Assembly: GCA_965263035.1 (NCBI GenBank)
Contig: OZ253580.1
Coordinates: forward strand, 3,648,001-3,712,000
DNA length: 64,000 nt
Direction: 5' to 3'
DNA from: Acidobacteriota bacterium
Lineage (GTDB): Bacteria; Acidobacteriota; UBA6911; RPQK01; JAJDTT01
The notes beneath the pieces are model-generated. The model ran no database searches, was not told where the DNA came from, and worked only from the letters and a program-made list of their open reading frames with translations. This document shows positions 54,299 through 64,000 of this stretch, piece by piece (the first letter of the stretch is position 1; each line of letters begins with the position of its first letter). A program made the translations under genes and the position numbers.

Positions 54299-56369
54299 CC
54301 CGAGTTTACCGTATTGGAGATCAGGATAAAGATAAGTTGTTTTTTTGCAAAGAGATAGGGCAGGTGTCCCGTATGACCTACGGAGCCGCATCAAGGGGTC
54401 GGATGGCGTGTTTTTCGAGTCCCAGGACTTCGTACATCGTGCGCTGTTCGTCCGTCATCTGCGAGAGCGTCGTCCGGAGTTCGGGCTCGCCGCCCTCCTC
54501 CCGCGCTGGATACAGCACGTCGACTTCGCGGATCCCGCTGAGCGCGTCCAGCAGCGCGGGGATCGAATCCTGCACGCCGTGGCGGCTCAGTTCCCGCTGC
54601 AGCAGGCCGCACAGCAGCAGCGCCAGCACGCAGCAGAACACATGCACCGCGATCTTCTGGTCCGTCCAGTGGTATTGTGGCCGGATGGCGATGCAGTTGC
54701 TGTCCTTGAGCTGCCGGAAGGCGCTCTCGACATGATGTTGCGCGCGGTAGCCGCGCACCAGCTCGGCGTCGCTCCAGCCCGCCTGGTCGGTGAACAGCAG
54801 GGTCTTGCCCAGTAACGTGCGCTGAAGCTGCTCCCAGGCGCGCCGCTGGAAGCGATAATTCACCTTCGGCAAGCCGTCCACCTCACGCACCTGAACGGCG
54901 AACAGGTCCCGCATGTGCCGGGCCCGCAGCCAGCCGTCGACCTTCTTGCGCGTGCCGGCCAGGCTCGGCTTGCGTCCCCCCCGGATCTTGCCCTCGCGCC
55001 AGCGCCGCAACTGCCACTGCAGGGCGCGCAGGTGCTGGCGCCGCTTAGCGATCTCGCGCAGCAGCGTCCGACATTGGGCGTCGAACAGCGCTTGGTTCCA
55101 AGTCACCAGCACCGTGCGCTGGACGCCGAACACTTTGGACTCGGTGCGGTAGGAGCGCACGCCGGCCAGCCCGTCGGCCTCCAGCGAGCGCATCTGGTCC
55201 GCAGGCACGGCCAGCAGGTGCGGATGCTGGGTGGGGACCAGCGAGCCGATGAAGTGGAACGGGCTGCGCTCGACCCAGTCCAAGTTCGGGCGCGAGTTGT
55301 TGCCCTTGTCGAAGACCAGGGTGACCGTCTCGGTCCCGGCGGCGATCTCCCGGTAGCGCCGGGCCAAGTCGGCGGCGAGGCTTTGGAACGTTGGCGCGTC
55401 GGGGCGGTTGCCGGGATAGGTGCGATGCAGCAGGGGCAGGCGGAAGTCGGCCGTGACCAGCAGGGCCACGCCGATGATGCGCAACGACCTGCGGCCCTCC
55501 TTGCTGTGACCGCGCTGAGCCAGTTGGGAGCGCTGGTTGAAGGAATTGATGTAGGTAAAGAAGTGGGTGGCGTCAAACAGCACTTGGCCCAGGTCGAGGC
55601 GGAACTCGCGGGTCATGGCGGCAACGATGTCGCGTTCAATGGCGGGTAGGGCGGGGACGGGGACGCGGTGCATATGGTCCCAGAAGCGCTGGCTGGTGAG
55701 CTGGTTGGAGCGCAGGGGGAGCAGGCGGCGCAGGGCGGTGGAGTCGAACCAACGGGCGAGGCTGGCCTTGGAGCCGGGGGCGAGGCAGCGGTTGAGGACG
55801 GCGGCGAGCAAGTAGGTGCCGACGGAGGGACCGGAGCCGCGCTTCGGGAGATGGCGGTCGATGTGCTCGACCAACTGCAAGCGGCGGGCGAGGGTAAGCA
55901 GGGCGGCCGAGGCCCCGAATTCGCGCACGACCGCCTCGAGCGGCTGGGCGGGGGCGGGGGCGGCGCGGAGCTTCTCGATGATCTTGTCGGCGCGACCGAG
56001 ATAGGTCTGGGAGACGATCTTGGGTTTGCCGTCGACGCGCTTGCAGACGCGGGCGTAGTAGTAGGGGCGGCCCCGGATGATCTTCTTGACGAGGCTGGCC
56101 ATATATTTAGGTCATACAATAGCGTATGGATCCGACCGATGTCAAGCGAGTTATCCGTAAAAACTTCATTTATAGATGGAATAATAGTTCTGGAGAAGAC
56201 CTGACAAATCCCACCATATATTAGGCCATACAAAAATCAATGGGACGAGAGCAAGGGCCTCGGCCGGGCTGGGTGATAAACCCTTCCTTATCAATAACTT
56301 GAATCTGAATCGTCGGTCTGCCCACGCGCTAGGGCAATGCTATGCTGGTGCGAACACGGTAAAGTCGAG
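54299..56369 (-). mobile_element. IS1634-family element with CTAG TSD
   Basis: IRs CCCGAGTTTACCGT and ACGGTAAAGTCGAG; CTAG at 54295-54298 and 56370-56373. Confidence 0.88.
54378..56102 (-). CDS. IS1634-family transposase
   Basis: KKIIRGRPYYY N-terminus, LFDATHF, RGHSK, VFDKGN, YRAQHHVESAFRQLK, IRPQYHW. Confidence 0.9.
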   Translation of the reverse strand: MASLVKKIIRGRPYYYARVCKRVDGKPKIVSQTYLGRADKIIEKLRAAPAPAQPLEAVVREFGASAALLTLARRLQLVEHIDRHLPKRGSGPSVGTYLLAAVLNRCLAPGSKASLARWFDSTALRRLLPLRSNQLTSQRFWDHMHRVPVPALPAIERDIVAAMTREFRLDLGQVLFDATHFFTYINSFNQRSQLAQRGHSKEGRRSLRIIGVALLVTADFRLPLLHRTYPGNRPDAPTFQSLAADLARRYREIAAGTETVTLVFDKGNNSRPNLDWVERSPFHFIGSLVPTQHPHLLAVPADQMRSLEADGLAGVRSYRTESKVFGVQRTVLVTWNQALFDAQCRTLLREIAKRRQHLRALQWQLRRWREGKIRGGRKPSLAGTRKKVDGWLRARHMRDLFAVQVREVDGLPKVNYRFQRRAWEQLQRTLLGKTLLFTDQAGWSDAELVRGYRAQHHVESAFRQLKDSNCIAIRPQYHWTDQKIAVHVFCCVLALLLCGLLQRELSRHGVQDSIPALLDALSGIREVDVLYPAREEGGEPELRTTLSQMTDEQRTMYEVLGLEKHAIRPLDAAP

Positions 56370-56424
56370 CTAGGGGTCGGCTCTGGGACTGACACGGGCT
56401 GTTCCTCTACGAAGTAGTGCGGCT

Positions 56425-58116
56425 TCAGTCCCTGTCCCAGGCCTTGGGTGCGATGCCCTCGATGTGGGTCTTCACGTCGATCACGGCGGGCCGGTCGGAA
56501 GCCAACGCCTGCTCCAGGGCGCCGGCCAACTCGCTCGGCTTGTTGACCTGGACCCCGAAGCAGCCCATCGACTCTGCGATCTTTGCGAAGTCGGCGTCGG
56601 TGAGCCTCCAGAGCAGGTCGGATCCCGGCTGGCGCCCGCCGTAGATCCCTTCGTTGAGATCCTTCTCCTGGTTCAGTGAGGCGTTGTTGTTGATCAGCGT
56701 CACCGTGTGGATGCCGTAGCGGAGCGCCGTATCCAACTCCGTCATGTGGTACCAGACACCGCCGTCTCCGGTGAAACAGATGACGGGCCGGTCTCCGGCG
56801 GCGCACTTGGCTCCGATGGCCGCCGGAATACCCCATCCCAGGGACCCGGCGCAGCGGATGTAGGATTGAGCCGGCGACGTCAGGTCCACCATGGTTCCGG
56901 TCCAGATGCCCGCGTGCCCGGTGTCGGACACGAGGATGGCGTCGTCCGGCAGCCGCCGGGTCAGCTCCTTGCACAGCCGTTCCGGCCGCATGGGAAGCAG
57001 ATCGGAGTCGGCGATGGGCGCCACCTCATCGCGCCACTCCCGGACCAGCTGATGAATGCGGGCGATCCAACCGGCGCGGGACCGGGACAGCTCCGAGGAC
57101 TCGACGCCGCTGCAGTGGGCCAACATCTTGCGCAGTCCGGCCCGGGCGTCGCCCTGCATGCCGACCGAAATGGGGAAGGACCGCCCCAGCTCGGCGGGGT
57201 CGATGTCGAGTTGGATGACTTGGGTGCCGGGCCGAGGGATCCGCCAGTCGTTGGTTACCTGACCGCCGGTATGACTGCCCACGAAGAAGACCAGGTCCGC
57301 TTCGGCCAGGGCGCGGTTGGCGCAGGCGCGGGAGTACTGGCCTGAAACGCCGACGGCCAGAGGGTGGTCGAAAGGGAAGGTCTCCTTGGCGTTCAGGGAG
57401 GTGATGACGGGCAACTGGAGCCGGTCCGAGAGCTCTACCAGTTCCTGACCGGCCCCGGAGACGGTCACGCCGCCCCCCGCTACCACGATGGGGCGTCGGG
57501 TCTTGACCAGCAGTTCGATGGCGCCGAGCACCGGCGCCAACTCCGGCTCCGGGCGAAAGGGTGGAATCTGGGTGAACGGCTCCTCGACCACGATCTCCAG
57601 GTCGGCCTCGCCGGTCATCACTTCCCCGCCGAAGATCCCCCACAGATCCAGATGAGTGGGACGAGGCGTTGCGGTCACGGCCTCCCGAATGGCTTGGCGC
57701 AGGAAGCGGGGAAAGTGGTCGACGGCGGTGACCGCCATGCTGTACTTGGTCACGGCGGCGAAGGGCCCCGCGTGCGACACTTCCTGATAGGCGTTGCGGT
57801 CTTGCCGAACCTGCGGGAGCCGGCCCGTCAGGGCGACGACGGGTGAACAGGCCAGATAGGCGTCCTGGAGTCCGGCGGCCAGATTCAGGGCCCCCACCGA
57901 TTGGGCTCCACAGACGCCGATCCCACGGCGCACGCGGGCGTAACCGTCGGCCATGTAGGCCGCCGCCTTCTCGCCGTGGGTCATGATTCTGGAGATCCCC
58001 ATCCGCTCCATTTCGGGCATCGCATCGGGTATGACCACGGGCATGAAGAAGAAGTGTGTGACGCCGTACCCGTGCAGGGTCTCGGCCAGAAAGCGGGCTC
58101 CCGTCATCGTCGCCAT
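56425..58116 (-). CDS. Thiamine pyrophosphate-binding enzyme (acetolactate synthase-like)
   Basis: HGEKAAAYMADGYAR, GSLGWGIPAAIGA, TPP motif GDGG...NN. Confidence 0.92.
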   Translation of the reverse strand: MATMTGARFLAETLHGYGVTHFFFMPVVIPDAMPEMERMGISRIMTHGEKAAAYMADGYARVRRGIGVCGAQSVGALNLAAGLQDAYLACSPVVALTGRLPQVRQDRNAYQEVSHAGPFAAVTKYSMAVTAVDHFPRFLRQAIREAVTATPRPTHLDLWGIFGGEVMTGEADLEIVVEEPFTQIPPFRPEPELAPVLGAIELLVKTRRPIVVAGGGVTVSGAGQELVELSDRLQLPVITSLNAKETFPFDHPLAVGVSGQYSRACANRALAEADLVFFVGSHTGGQVTNDWRIPRPGTQVIQLDIDPAELGRSFPISVGMQGDARAGLRKMLAHCSGVESSELSRSRAGWIARIHQLVREWRDEVAPIADSDLLPMRPERLCKELTRRLPDDAILVSDTGHAGIWTGTMVDLTSPAQSYIRCAGSLGWGIPAAIGAKCAAGDRPVICFTGDGGVWYHMTELDTALRYGIHTVTLINNNASLNQEKDLNEGIYGGRQPGSDLLWRLTDADFAKIAESMGCFGVQVNKPSELAGALEQALASDRPAVIDVKTHIEGIAPKAWDRD

Positions 58117-58294
58117 AGGAAAGCGCCTCCCCGAATGCGCGCTGCCGATCTCAGCTCTGGGAACGCTTCGATCGGACGCGTTCATGACCCATTTCAGTCC
58201 GGATCAGTCTACTACGTGCCCGTGGTGCAGGTCGCCACGGCACCTGACAGACAAGGAAACCTGGCGGTAGGGGTGTTCTGCCGAGTCTGAAAGA

Positions 58295-58325
58295 AGAAAG
58301 GGCAACCACCAGGGTTGCCCTTTCT
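58295..58325 (-). terminator. Hairpin terminator after FecR/DUF6600 paralog 1
   Basis: AAAGGGCAACC-ACCAG-GGTTGCCCTTT; same hairpin at 60924-60948 after paralog 2. Confidence 0.65.
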
Positions 58326-58380
58326 CGTCTGCATGTTCGACGCCGCGCGCTGCCACGCGGTCCGGGAGATCCTAGAATTG

Positions 58381-60732
58381 CTAGCGGTTCCTGGATGAAC
58401 GTCGAGAGCGGGAGCTGCTCCCGGAAGATCCGGATCGTCTGGGCGCGGACCGCACCTTAGACTTGGATGGCTTGCTTCTCGACGGCGCTGGAGCGCGATA
58501 CGAGGGAGTCGACCTGGGGGAAGGCCGTGATTGCACCGAAGGACGAGAGCTGGGCCGTGACGAGGACCGGACTGCCGGACGCGAGACCGTCCGTTGGGAA
58601 GTGGGTCTCGACCGCCTCGAGCTGGAGACGGAGGGCCTTGCCTGGTTGCGGGGGGTGCGTTTGGTGACGGACCCTCTCGATCCGGATGAGGGCCGGGAAA
58701 TATTCCGGCTCGAAGCAGGGGATCGGGTCGACTGCGGGACCCGGGTCGGGGTGCGGATGACGTTCGGGCCGGACCGCCCGCTCTGGCGGGAATCGGTGCG
58801 TTGACGGGTAAAGGATCCCGTGGACCCGGTTCGATTGGGACGGCTGACGAATGATGGCCGGGATGGGGCCCGAACCTGAGAGTTTCCAGGGTTTGTGACG
58901 GAGGGCCTTGACGGGCTTCGGCTGGTGCGTTTGGTGACGGACCCTCTCGATCCGGACGAGGGTCGAGAAAGACCACGGCTCGAAGCAGGTGAGCGGCTCG
59001 ATTGCGGGGCCCGGGTCGGAGTCCGGATGACGTTCGCACCGGACCGCCCGCTCTGGCGGGAATCGGGGCGTTGACGGGTGAACGTTCGGGTGGATCCGGT
59101 TCGATCCGGACGGCTGACGTTCGATGGCCGGGATGGGGCCCGAACGGAAGAGCCGCCGGGTCGGGAGACGGAGGGCCCCGACGGACTGCGGTTTGTGCGT
59201 TTGGTGACGGACCGCGTCGATCCGGACGAGGACCGGGAAAGATCACGGCTCGAAGTCGAGGAACGGGCTGGCTGTGAGGCCTGGGTGCGGGAGCGGCTCA
59301 GGCTCTCTCGGGACCGGCCTTGTTGCCGGGAATCGGACCGTTGGCGCGTAATTGCTCGGGTGGGCCCGGTTCGATCGGAACGGTTGACGGTCGATCGCCG
59401 GGAGCCGCCTTTCACGACTCGGTCGCGAGTTCGATCGGCAGGTTTGGAAGCCAGCCTCGAGGAGCGGACGCCACTTCTCGAATTCACGGAATTCGGCCCC
59501 CGCACACGCGGACGCCGGAGTTCTCTGGGGAGACCCTGACGGAAACTTCCCACGATGGCGTTGGAGGCCACGACTCGAGTCCTTCCTGGTCCTCTTCCCA
59601 GATTGCGCCCATGAACGACGGTCAGCCCGTTGGAGCGGTCGCGTGGATTCCAATTCCGGAAAACGTTGTTCTGAACCACCACGGTCGTGTTGCCGCGCCC
59701 CCGATAGCCCCTTCCGTAGTAGCCCCTGGGCGCCCAGCCGACGTAACCGTTTCCCCAATAGAAGTCGACGTGCGCCGCACGCCAGCGGTTGAATCCCCCG
59801 GGCACCCAGGCCCAACGGGCCCGGGGCCCGTAATAGATCCAGCGCCCGTAATGGTAGGGCAGCCAACCCCAGGGCTCGTAGCTGACCCAGGTCCACCCGC
59901 CCGCGAGGTAGCCCCACCGACCGTGGCGAAACGGCGCCCATCCCACCGCGACGGTGGGCACCCAGACGTGTCCGTGGGAGCCGTAGTGAACCCAGTCGCC
60001 ATGATGGTCCAGAGAATGAACTCCCGGGTAGTCGACGCCCCCCAGATACCCAGTGGAACGGCTGCTCACCAGAAGGGCGTCCCGGCGCCCGCTCCAGAGC
60101 TCGAAATCGTCCAGATCCCGAACCAGAGCCTGGATTCCGCTCTGCTGTCCGTCCAGACGCAACTCGTGTCCGGTCTCCACTCTCACCTTCCCGTGCGGAC
60201 TGCGGACTTCCGCCCGGCCCTTGTGGACCACCAGGCGCATGGAACCGCCGGGATCGACCTGGATTCGGTAGAGTCCTTTCTCTCGGAAGCTCACCGAGGC
60301 CAAATCCGTCTCCGCATGGATCCCGCCCGCATCATTCACTCGGAGGATCAGATCGCCCTGGTGAATCTTCAGGATGTTCTTTTTCTGGGACAGTTCCGAG
60401 AAGAAGACGTCGGTCTCTCCGGAGATCCGGACGAAGTTGCCGTCCCCCAACTCCACCTCGATCCGCGAATCGGGGTGGGCGACGACCCGGTCGCCGCTGA
60501 CCAGGGGAAGATTGAGCGTCACCTCGTTCCAGTCCACGTCGCCGGAAGTCTCGTAGGCGGCGCGGCCGTCCATGAAGCTGACCCGGGCCGGATGTTCCCG
60601 GCTGGCCGAAACCCACGTGGTGGAAAATCCCGTCATCAGGATCAGGAGGGCGGACAACGGAGCCAGCCGGTCCCCCCGCCACACCCTCGAGTTTCTGTAA
60701 GCGCCTGGTGGAATGGGTGATGCTTTATTCAT
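58381..60732 (-). CDS. FecR-domain/DUF6600-like secreted protein with long Ser/Arg-rich repetitive tail
   Basis: ARVSFMDG...NLPLVSGDR (FecR-like), Trp/Gly-rich WAPFRHGRW...WGWLPYHYGRW, low-complexity C-terminus. Confidence 0.85.
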   Translation of the reverse strand: MNKASPIPPGAYRNSRVWRGDRLAPLSALLILMTGFSTTWVSASREHPARVSFMDGRAAYETSGDVDWNEVTLNLPLVSGDRVVAHPDSRIEVELGDGNFVRISGETDVFFSELSQKKNILKIHQGDLILRVNDAGGIHAETDLASVSFREKGLYRIQVDPGGSMRLVVHKGRAEVRSPHGKVRVETGHELRLDGQQSGIQALVRDLDDFELWSGRRDALLVSSRSTGYLGGVDYPGVHSLDHHGDWVHYGSHGHVWVPTVAVGWAPFRHGRWGYLAGGWTWVSYEPWGWLPYHYGRWIYYGPRARWAWVPGGFNRWRAAHVDFYWGNGYVGWAPRGYYGRGYRGRGNTTVVVQNNVFRNWNPRDRSNGLTVVHGRNLGRGPGRTRVVASNAIVGSFRQGLPRELRRPRVRGPNSVNSRSGVRSSRLASKPADRTRDRVVKGGSRRSTVNRSDRTGPTRAITRQRSDSRQQGRSRESLSRSRTQASQPARSSTSSRDLSRSSSGSTRSVTKRTNRSPSGPSVSRPGGSSVRAPSRPSNVSRPDRTGSTRTFTRQRPDSRQSGRSGANVIRTPTRAPQSSRSPASSRGLSRPSSGSRGSVTKRTSRSPSRPSVTNPGNSQVRAPSRPSFVSRPNRTGSTGSFTRQRTDSRQSGRSGPNVIRTPTRVPQSTRSPASSRNISRPSSGSRGSVTKRTPRNQARPSVSSSRRSRPTSQRTVSRPAVRSSSRPSSRPSVQSRPSPRSTPSYRAPAPSRSKPSKSKVRSAPRRSGSSGSSSRSRRSSRNR

Positions 60733-60750
60733 GATTGCCTCACTTCATAC

Positions 60751-60777
60751 AGATGGCGCGCCTCTCTTCCCGGTTCA
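60751..60777 (-). promoter_or_regulatory. Putative ECF-sigma promoter
   Basis: TGAACC-N16-CATCT, conserved with the paralog promoter. Confidence 0.5.
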
Positions 60778-60923
60778 ATTGAGATGACAGGCTGGTCGTT
60801 CTTGCTCCCTTCACCCGACTCCGCGGCGATTGGACTCACATTTTCCCTGGTGGCCGTCGCGACGGCTTCCGACTGGTTCGGCACCCCGATGGCCGTCGGT
60901 ATTGTACCGGTTCCGAAACGAGA

Positions 60924-60948
60924 ACGGGCAACCACCAGGGTTGCCCGT
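60924..60948 (-). terminator. Hairpin terminator after FecR/DUF6600 paralog 2
   Basis: ACGGGCAACC-ACCAG-GGTTGCCCGT. Confidence 0.6.
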
Positions 60949-61003
60949 CTCTTCCAATGTTGTAGTCACAGCGCATCGGCGCGCGTTTCAGGCGAGTCCT
61001 GAA

Positions 61004-62707
61004 TCAGTTCCGATTGCGGTTCGTGGTCCGAGAGCGGGAGCCGCCTCCGGAAGATCCGGATTGTCTGGGAGCGGATCGTACCCGAGGGCTGGGTGAACGG
61101 CTGACCGATGGCGCCGCCGAGCGGGAAGAGGGAGCCGTGTAGGTAGGCCTCGAGGGATACGGTGTCCGGGAGGTGGAACGCGAAGAGGATCGGACCGACG
61201 GACTCGAAAAGGTCGGCGAGGTAGCGGGTCTCGATCGTCTCGAACTCCAGACGGATGGCCTGGACGCGCTACGGCTGCTGCGATTGCTGAGGGACCCTCT
61301 GGAACTGGGCGAGGACCGGGAAAAACTACGGCTCGGTGAAGTTGAGCGAAACGACCGCTGGTTCCGGGTCCGCGTGCGGTCGATGCCGGCGGTGGAACGT
61401 CCCAGGGTGGACCGCCGGGAGCTGTCTTGGCCGACTCTCTCCCGATTGCTCGCAGCCGATCGGGATGCCAATCTGGAGGCGCGCGAGCCCGTTCTCGAAA
61501 ATGCGGAGTTTCGATTCCACACACGAGAACGCCGGAGCTCTCTGGGGAGTCCCTCTCGGAATCCGCCCACGATGGTGTTGGAGGCCAAGACTCGAGTCCT
61601 CGCTGGTCCTCTGCCCAGATCGTTCCGGTGGACGACCGTCAGGCCGTTGGAGCGATCCCGCGGGTTCCCAAGCCCTTGGTTGCCGCCGGTGTAGTAGCCT
61701 CTGGGCGCCCAGCCGACGTAACCACTTCCCCAATAGAAGTCGACAAGGGAGGGGTGCCACCGGTTGAAACCTCCGGGCATCCAGGCCCAACGACCCACCG
61801 GCTGGTAATAGATCCAGTTCCCGTAGTGATAGGGGAGCCAACCCCAGGGCTCGTGGCTGACCCAGGTCAGGCCGGAAGAGAGATAGGTCCACCGTCCGTT
61901 TCGAAACGGAGCCCATCCCACCGAGGCGTCGGGCACCCAGACATGCCCGTAGCGCCCGTAGTTGTCCCAGTTGCCATGATGGTCCAGCGACCGGGCTCCA
62001 GGGAAGTCCTCGCCCCCCAGGTACGCGGCGGAACGGCTGCTTACCATGACGGCATCCCGCCGGCCGCTCCAGAGTTCGAAATCGTCCAGATCCCGAACCA
62101 GCGCCTGGCTTCCGATCCGGCGTCCGTCCAGAAGCAGTTGTTGTCCCGTCTCCACTCTCTCCTTCCCGTGCCGGCTGCTGACTTCCGCCCGGCCCTGGTG
62201 GACCACCAAGCCTGTCGAGCCGTCGGGATCGACCTGGATTCTGTAAAGCCCCTGCTTGCGAATCTTGACGGAGGCCAGCTCTAAATCGACCTGGACCCGA
62301 TCCGCATCATTCACCCGCAGGATCACGTCGCCCGCGTGAATCTTCAGGATGGTCTTTTTCTGGGACAGCTCAGGGAAGAGGACATCGGTCTCGCCGGAGA
62401 TTCGGACGAAGTTGCCGTCGCCCAACTCGACTTCAATCCGTGAATCGGGGTGGCCGACGATCCGGTCGCCGCTGACCAGGGGAAGATTGAGGGTCAGTTC
62501 GTTCCAGTCCACGTCGCCGGACGTCTCGTAGGCGGCGCGGCCGTCCATGAAGCTGACCCGGGCCGGGTGATCCCGGCCGGCCGAAACCCAGGTGGTGGAA
62601 AATCCCGTAATCAGGGTAACGAACGCGCACAACAGAGCCGTTCGGCTCCACCGTCGCGTCCTTAAGTGTATGGAATTGCCTGTGGGAACTAGGAGTGAGA
62701 TTCTCAT
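61004..62707 (-). CDS. FecR-domain/DUF6600-like protein, paralog with shorter tail
   Basis: Highly similar N-terminal domains to 58381-60732; RBS GGAGG before the ATG at 62707. Confidence 0.85.
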   Translation of the reverse strand: MRISLLVPTGNSIHLRTRRWSRTALLCAFVTLITGFSTTWVSAGRDHPARVSFMDGRAAYETSGDVDWNELTLNLPLVSGDRIVGHPDSRIEVELGDGNFVRISGETDVLFPELSQKKTILKIHAGDVILRVNDADRVQVDLELASVKIRKQGLYRIQVDPDGSTGLVVHQGRAEVSSRHGKERVETGQQLLLDGRRIGSQALVRDLDDFELWSGRRDAVMVSSRSAAYLGGEDFPGARSLDHHGNWDNYGRYGHVWVPDASVGWAPFRNGRWTYLSSGLTWVSHEPWGWLPYHYGNWIYYQPVGRWAWMPGGFNRWHPSLVDFYWGSGYVGWAPRGYYTGGNQGLGNPRDRSNGLTVVHRNDLGRGPARTRVLASNTIVGGFREGLPRELRRSRVWNRNSAFSRTGSRASRLASRSAASNRERVGQDSSRRSTLGRSTAGIDRTRTRNQRSFRSTSPSRSFSRSSPSSRGSLSNRSSRSASRPSVWSSRRSRPATSPTFSSPSVRSSSRSTSRTPYPSRPTYTAPSSRSAAPSVSRSPSPRVRSAPRQSGSSGGGSRSRTTNRNRN

Positions 62708-62725
62708 GATTGCCTCCCAGTATAC

Positions 62726-62752
62726 AGACGGAGACAATTCTTGCCCGGTTCA
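62726..62752 (-). promoter_or_regulatory. Putative ECF-sigma promoter
   Basis: TGAACC-N16-CGTCT. Confidence 0.55.
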
Positions 62753-62795
62753 ATTTCCAATAAAGTTTTCTATCGCGTTTTCCTTACCGGACTCC

Positions 62796-63884
62796 TCACC
62801 GTGTGAACTCGTAGGTCCCCTTCAAATACGAGGCATCCCGGAACTGTTCGATCCATTCACCCGAAACCAGATTCGACTCGAAGGAGAATTGGTCGTGTCC
62901 AATCGACATGGTTGCCTCTTCGTCCAAGAAAGGATCGTGACGAATCGTATAGGCAAGCCGGAGCTGGCCATCCTTCAGTTCGCCGTTGACCAGGCTGAAC
63001 TCCGGAACCTCCCACGCTACACCGTCCAGGCCCGAGATCATCATGTAACCACGAATGAACGAGCCGTCAGCCCAGAGGGCAAGTTCGCCAGTGGCGTAGC
63101 CGTCATCGTCCTCAAGGCGAACCGAATAGGTGACCGGGGCCGGGTCCAGTGGAAGACTGGAGAACTGTCCGCCTGAGAAGGTGAGGGCCGTTCCGAAAAT
63201 AGGGAAGTCGGAAGCGATTTCGACCTTGCCGCCGTCCAGCGTCTGACCCGGAAAGTACTCATGGAGGAATTTGGCCGTGTGAGAGAGTGGCCCTAATGTA
63301 ATGGGCTTCTTGGGCCCCAACGGGTTGCCGTCTCCCGAGAAGAGGGAGAGTTCGACCTTGGCCGTTCTTTCTCCGTTCAAGTCGCCGTTGGCTAGGGCAA
63401 GGGCGATCTCCGAGAATTTCTCGAACGGAATGGAAGCCCGGTAAAACTCCTTGGACGGGGCAATGCCGACGCTATCGCTCACCCGGCCGTCCTCGAGTAT
63501 CAGATATGTGAGGTTCGCCTCGATGAGGTTGTCCAGCAAGAGATCATCGGACCGCAGAATGGCGGCCCCGGCCTCCAATTGGGATCCGGTCAATCGAAGG
63601 GTGACCGTGGCCTGGGGCTGGATTTCCACGCCATACTCCCCGTTTTGCACGACGTCGCCGTTGACCATTGGGTTCCAGGCCACGTCTTCGCCGTCATCGG
63701 TTCTGAACAGGAACAGCGTCCCGACATAGACGTGTGTTTCCCGGTTCGTGAGGTTGATGATGGTCTCATATCCACCTCCCGCCACGACTTGTCCGAACGC
63801 GGCGTCCTTTTTGGGATAGAAGTTTTGCGCTGAGGCGACTGCCGTGAAGGCGAGCCAGACCAGTACGAATCGTTTTGTCTGCAT
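62796..63884 (-). CDS. Secreted hypothetical beta-rich protein
   Basis: RBS GGAGG; signal peptide MQTKRFVLVWLAFTAVASA; FGQVVAGGGYETIINLTN domain reminiscent of the LRR protein's C-terminal domains. Confidence 0.7.
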   Translation of the reverse strand: MQTKRFVLVWLAFTAVASAQNFYPKKDAAFGQVVAGGGYETIINLTNRETHVYVGTLFLFRTDDGEDVAWNPMVNGDVVQNGEYGVEIQPQATVTLRLTGSQLEAGAAILRSDDLLLDNLIEANLTYLILEDGRVSDSVGIAPSKEFYRASIPFEKFSEIALALANGDLNGERTAKVELSLFSGDGNPLGPKKPITLGPLSHTAKFLHEYFPGQTLDGGKVEIASDFPIFGTALTFSGGQFSSLPLDPAPVTYSVRLEDDDGYATGELALWADGSFIRGYMMISGLDGVAWEVPEFSLVNGELKDGQLRLAYTIRHDPFLDEEATMSIGHDQFSFESNLVSGEWIEQFRDASYLKGTYEFTR

Positions 63885-64000
63885 CTCTGTTCCTCCAGTA
63901 CTCACGCTTTTTGTTGACGGGACGGCGGGGACAATAGTTCGATCCCCAATCAAGGATTCGTTCAGTACCCGGCCGCCTTGTCGACGATGTGCCGGAGGGT

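Larger units (their letters stand above)
53292..56395 (-). pseudogene. Alpha/alpha-toroid-like hypothetical protein with its 5' end split by IS1634
   Basis: Removing the IS plus one CTAG joins GTG-start MSVPEPTP (RBS AGAGGA) in frame to SSTDQELSRSLK...; body 53292-54278 has QxxxGGF and QQPDGQW repeats. Confidence 0.65.

Overview
GC-rich bacterial chromosomal window; the gene families suggest Acidobacteriota, possibly host-associated (inference). Left part: an anti-sigma/sensor kinase cluster, a circularly permuted ATP-grasp / Amt / alpha-E / transglutaminase operon with amt split by an IS3, hydrolases, a polyphosphate cluster (sixA, CHAD, ppx, ppk1) and a DUF1552/DUF1592/ankyrin locus. Centre (about 34.4-49.4 kb): an island ending at tRNA-Leu/tRNA-Pro. 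It holds an intact tyrosine recombinase followed by an array of cargo genes (MORN, LRR, a TPR-TlpA probable selenoprotein, two glycine-zipper paralogs, HigBA). These genes are separated by two alternating families of palindromic lox/dif-like sites (A-B-A-B-A-B-A). This is the best candidate for an undescribed system: a gene-cassette array without attC sites. The island also has RepA-like remnants and an IS1182 with a nested IS110 whose four bridge-RNA guides match its own insertion junctions. Right part: catabolic genes, an IS1634, a TPP enzyme and tandem FecR/DUF6600 paralogs. A 159-bp MITE occurs three times, and many genes are pseudogenised. All family calls come from motif recognition by eye, not from database searches.
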